64,000 bases of DNA from Bugula neritina (lineage: Eukaryota; Animalia; Bryozoa), in the NCBI GenBank assembly GCA_964035545.1, contig OZ037768.1, positions 16,723,875-16,787,874 of the forward strand, given 5' to 3'. The notes beneath the pieces were generated by a model. It made no database searches. It was not told where the DNA came from and worked only from the letters and a program-made list of their open reading frames with translations. Numbering within the stretch: position 1 is the first letter of the stretch; each line of letters starts with the position of its first letter. A program made the translations under genes and the position numbers. This document shows, piece by piece, positions 58,601 to 64,000 of this stretch.

Positions 58601-61600
58601 AACAGGCATTGGAAAAGCATAAACATGCTGCTGCAAAAGAAATTGATTTCTGCTTCAAATAGTGAGTAAAACCTCTGGTAGAATTTCTTTAACATTTTGA
58701 TTATATTCGTATGTAGTGTTTGCTATCAATATATATTGTATTTCACATGCATTGATTTATATAAAGTGGCAAGCACTCATTCAGTTACACTAGTAGCATA
58801 CTAGCATTACATATCTCAAATTAATTCTTCAAATATTTTTTTAAAATGGTTTGTTTAGCAAATTTTATGTCATTTTTAGAAACTTTGCTATAATCTATTG
58901 CTAATATGAGTTGTTTGTTACAAACTTAGCTTATACTTTGACAAATTATTGTAGAATCAAATCTTATAAGACAAGCACTTGAAGGTGAATTTCCTAAATT
59001 GCTAAGACTGTTGAGTGACCTGTGGACTCGATTAAACCAACTCATAGCAGCAACAACCAGTACAGACATTTCATCGGTTTCTCTCCTTTACTCTGACACT
59101 TCAGCTGATCACAAAACTGGAACTTTTGAGTGAGTTATTTTATTTATCTAGTTCTCAAATGTTAACTGACTGAAATAAACCTTATGCTGTTTTCATTCTT
59201 TTTTTTAAAACAAAACTGCAATATTTTGTGGAATCTTCGATAATTTTTCAATTTATGAGTTGGCGTTGTTTCGAGCTCAATTCTCTTATTATCATTTTAT
59301 TTTCCCTGTGAATTTTTGTCAATGGTTTGCTTATAGACTGCTATGAATTCTCTTTATAACTTTTAGTATTTTTGTAGTGCTGAGGTTTTACTACGGGAAA
59401 CTGTAGACCATTTCAACAATGCTTATCTCTCAAGATCCCTGTCTCGTTTGTTTGACCCCATCAACTTATTGTTTATCCAAGGATCTATGTCTATTCCTAG
59501 TAATGAAGAGATCAATGGTGTGATCAGCACTATATCAAGGTTAGGTTTTAAACATGTGCAGCATAATAAGGTGTATACCACAATGCACTTTCAGTGTTGA
59601 ATAATAATATATATGGTGACACATGTATACATTATTACTTGCTGTAATTTCTATTTGAAGTTATTTATATGTTTCATATTTTTTGTTTAATTTTCAGTGA
59701 ATTGCAGCTGGCCAGTTTTGACTCTAAGATGGCCTTTGCTGTGTCTAAGAATGTTTCGAAGACAATAAAGATGTTTGCTGTCAAATGCGAACAATTGGTA
59801 AGCGTTTTAATTCATGTTGTGAGACAAAGACTATTTAGTTCATCCTCTTCATCGGCCAATACTTTTTATCTCAAGTTTCATTTGCTATCCTTGCTGCCAA
59901 CTGTATTTATCTTTTTTAGTATGGAATTTAAGTCACATCTGATAAGGAGTTTTCACCTCATTAATCATCTTTTTAGGAATTGCAACAAGCTTTCCTTTCT
60001 GTTAGAATACATTATTGTATGCATGTATTTCAGCTGCCAGTGTTGTCTTGTTGCAGTTGAGTACAGATGGTGAAGCTAGCCAGGTCATAGAGCCAGCGAC
60101 AGCAGGTCAAACTCGCAATGCAGCGGTTGTGAACAGTCTATATTACTTACACATGGCCATCAACAAGCTTAAAAACAACTCAATGCAAGGTTATGATGCT
60201 AAATGCCTAGCAGTGGTTTCCGAGAGTCTTGAGGTAAAGTTCTTAGCTCTTAGGTTACTTATTTGCTTTGAATTAGTTCAATGTTTAATATAAGCTATAA
60301 TGTTGATTATATAATTATAGTCAGGGAGAGGACTAAGTCAATGTATGTTCTAGCTTATTGTGAAAATTGGCAAATTTACGCTCCAATCTGTAAGTTGTTC
60401 GGTAACACTGAAGGGAACTTCTATAGATAAAAGCAATCTTCCTTTTCGAGAAGTTAATATCTTTTTCTGTAAATTATGTTGATGCTCGATTATGTTCGAA
60501 GCAAGACCAATGTTCACCAGAAAAGTTAAAGGTGTACTAGATATTTCGTTTCTTCGGAAATTTCATTTGTTACACTGCCCTGCTGATATTCTAATGCTGA
60601 ATGAATGCATGACATCAAATAACACAATCTACCATTTCATGACTGCTCTTTTGTTATAAGTCACAATATTCCAGTTCTGAATGAATTTATAACGTCAAGT
60701 AAGACAGCCAACCATTATTTATTATTGGCTGCAGGCTTTGACAACTCTTATGAGAAATGCTGTTCAGCCGTTACTCAGTTCTATCAATGATTCAATGGAA
60801 GCAATCATCCTTACGATGCACCAGGAAGACTTTTCTAGGTAAAATGTGTATCACTTTCAAGCACATTAAATTTTTTAAAACTTATTTGCTAATATCAATG
60901 TGTTGGTTTTGTGCAAATTATTGATGGAAGTATTGGCAACTTCAGCTCTAATGAATCTCAACTAAGTAAATTTGTTTCCAGCTAACTTTGCTTGACTCAA
61001 ACAGAGCTTACAAACTTGTTCCATGGTAGTTATAGCTGCTGACATTTTGGTGTTAAACTTTAATGCATTACATGCCAATAATATGGAACAATTAATATGC
61101 AAGTATTAACATAAATATAGTATCACTTAGCAGCTGTTTTAGAATCTAAAATATCAACACAGTTCATTTTCATCTATACATCTGTAATTTATTTGTGTCG
61201 TCATAATTGTTTGATATGTTTGAGAAAGTATTATGTTTACTTACTGTAGTGCCACTGCACACAGTGATTCCCAACAGTGCTCACTATACATGAAGGAATT
61301 GCAAGGATTCCTGGCCAGAGTGCACTCTGAGTACCTCTCTCTGTTTGAGTGTACAGACTTTATCTTAGAATGGTGGGCAAAATTTTCAATTGATAAGTCT
61401 TTATTTCATACTAGAAACTACAGTCTGCGCTATTTCTTATTATATTTTTGAAGATTATATAATATATCATGAAGTGCAATAACTTCTTAGTTGTATGTAG
61501 ATGATATTAAATTTCCGCTGTAGTGTGCAACCATATCTCTGCAATGGGCTGGAACTGTTTGTAAGACACTCTAGTCTCTTGAGGCCAGTTGGTGATGGTG

Positions 61601-63138
61601 GTAAGATGCGTTTGGCAGCTGACTTTGCTCAAATGGAGTTGGCTGTTCATCCTCTCTGTAAACGAGTCGGTGACCTTGGAAGGTCATATAAACTTCTCAG
61701 AGCCTTCAGGTGAATTCACATACTCCTGTATTGGTGCTAAAACCAAACGTCTCACTTTTAACTTGTATTTCAGGAGTTTATTGCTGCTCACAAGCTTCTA
61801 TCTAAGACTAATGGTGTATTTTTATAGAGAACTCATAACGCTACAGGTTTTCTACATTTCGTATAATTGTAAAGGATAACCCGCTGAAATTGTGAAGGTT
61901 CTCTAGAGTCTAGACAAACAGATTATTGAGACATGAGTATAATGGCTCCCATACAAAACGTTTTCATAATACTACCATATACTTATTTCTACATCATTTC
62001 ATTTTGTGATTTTTGAAACTTTTAGACCACTTCTTTTTCAATCTGTGGAGAATATAGTGCAAAGTCATGCTGTCGGTGATGTGATTCCAATTAGTACAGT
62101 TTTGCATTACTTGTTTGGGAGAGCACCCGAGGAATTAAGATCACCACATCAGGTATATTTAAATATACTTTTGATATGAATTTATTTATTTGAGTGGAAT
62201 ATGTCTTAAAAAGTTTCAGAAATGTTTTATAAATATGCCAAACTAGCGTGATTCCTATACAGTATTTACAATATAAAACCCAAGGTGACAAAAACCACTA
62301 TAAATATACATATTCTACGATGATTACTCTACTTCAAATCTTTTCAAATTATCTGCTAACCAGAATTTATATTACACATTTCTAATTTCAAGCTAATATT
62401 CAAAATCATTGGCACCCATACAAGACCTTTTGAGACAAAGCAATACTTTCAACAACCTATGAAGAAGTCTTAAATATTCTAAAACTTGAAGCTGATTGCA
62501 TTTTTCTTTTGCTGCGTCAACCCTGTAAGGCCTAGCCTAGTACGAGATCAAGTGAGATCCTTTGCTGTTGCTCTATGGTCTACGAACTACTAATTTTGCG
62601 TATCATTGCAAAAAGATAATACTTTTAATAATAGTTGAATTATATCCAGCTTACCATTAAGTGAATATCCCTACATGCTCTCTCTCAAAACTACAAATGA
62701 ATTTAGTTGGTTCATAACAGTTAGGATTTTGGATCTATTATGCAATATATGAATTTTACCATTAGACCCTTACCAAGGATATTGTAACAAGGATAATTAA
62801 GACTTTTTATACATTATATAATTTTGTCTATGCTTGTAGGTAGCTAATTGGTCTCTTTCTCGATACACTCATTGGCTTGAAACTCACCCTTCAGAAACTG
62901 ATAGACTTGTTCTTATAAAGTAAGTGCAACTATACTAATTGTTTTACAATTGTCCATCTTTTCTTGACTTGCACCATTAAAATACAAGTCTCCTTTATGA
63001 AATTATAAGTGTCAGTTTAATTGTTTTAGAGGAGCTTTAGAAGCATATGTCAAGTCAGTCAGTGCCAAAGGTGGCACAGAGTACAGTACTGTGTATCCAA
63101 TCATGTTGGAGCTCTTAAACAAAGGCTTGAAAGAATAG
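55651..63138 (+). CDS. COG5: Conserved oligomeric Golgi complex subunit 5
   Basis: Multi-exon gene from ATG 55651 (exon 55651-55717, next from 55813) to TAG 63136-63138. Motifs: [125 protein letters not shown]. Confidence 0.96.
56995..57215. repeat. 19-bp minisatellite (TATAAGTATTTACTACTAA, ~11 copies) in a COG5 intron
   Basis: Directly visible. Confidence 0.9.
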
Positions 63139-63324
63139 TGATAATCTTGTAGCAAGTCTTCATATTTATTTTTTTCTATCTTGAAACATAAATATCATTT
63201 TATTTATAACAAGTCTACTAATAAATTACAAATATCGTATCTCATTCATTTGTATTAAAATGATGTAAATATAAATATTGATAATTTAATAAATAGTAAA
63301 ATAAAAAGTTAGTGTTTGTATCAT

Positions 63325-64000
63325 TTATTCAGAAGAAAATATTTTGGACGCTATTTCATCAGTTGTACAGTCATCATCTTCTATGTGAAATTCTGTGGGC
63401 GCCATTTCAGAGTCATCTGCACCTGCTGTCTGGTCATCTTTGCCTTCACATGTATTGTCAGTTGTCTGGTCTAAATTTACTCTACCTGCAATCATATATG
63501 CAGACTGCAAATAGTAAATAACACATATTTGCAACTAGTGGAAAAAATCAACAGTAGTTGAAAATCAACTTATAAAAATACTGAATATTATTGAAATTGA
63601 ATTTAAATCAAACGATATAACACTATGACATAATACTCCAAAATTATTTTTATCTTCACTAAAACATTTTAATAACAATAATTGCAATAATATAGTAAAG
63701 AAATAAAAAGCCATTAAGTAGTCATACAAATAATACTGCAACGAAAACACACTTCTGTCCTAAAATAGAGATAATCTTCAAATTCATATCATCCCAGTTG
63801 TAATCGTTATATGTGCACGCGAAATAAAGGATTTAGTACATAATATTACCTTGCGCAGTCCAGACAGTGGGAACATTGGAAAAATTCACAGCATCATCAT
63901 TCACCAAAGTTGGATTTGCATGACCAAAAGATGGTTTTGGGTTATGCATAGTGGTCTGCCGGCAGCTTTTAGACAACACTTGTTGCTCAGTGTAAGACTT
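63325..64000 (-). CDS. 3' end of an unidentified gene with an acidic C-terminus, convergent with COG5
   Basis: An open exon 64000-63850 (KSYTEQQVLS...VWTAQ) splices in phase to 63485-63325 (GRVNLDQ...EDDDCTTDEIASKIFSSE*). No family recognised. Confidence 0.6.

Overview
AT-rich, intron-rich animal (invertebrate-type) genomic DNA; there are no prokaryotic operons or CRISPR arrays. Host genes, left to right: the 3' part of a plasma-membrane Ca2+-ATPase (PMCA) with up to four alternative terminal exons, a CCDC117-like gene (-), ABAT (+), a tandem cluster of four small secreted antistasin-like protease-inhibitor genes (-), TMEM218 (-), COG5 (+), and the 3' end of an unidentified gene (-). Mobile DNA: a degenerate R4/Dong-like non-LTR retrotransposon in a (TAA)n tract, a decayed Ty1/copia element, two related Harbinger-type MITEs and a tRNA-derived SINE. 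The most notable object is a 5.0-kb element (23227-28235) nested in the 3' end of the non-LTR element. It has 23-bp terminal inverted repeats and inverted subterminal arrays of a 97-bp repeat (about 3 copies left, 7 right). Its only recognisable cargo is an intact 8-exon gene for a 496-aa DUF3987/YfjI-like P-loop ATPase, with no transposase. It is a candidate for an undescribed helicase-carrying eukaryotic DNA transposon. Promoter-proximal zones are also unusually rich in short palindromic or duplicated motifs that look like repair scars. All calls come from manual reading and translation; no database searches were run.
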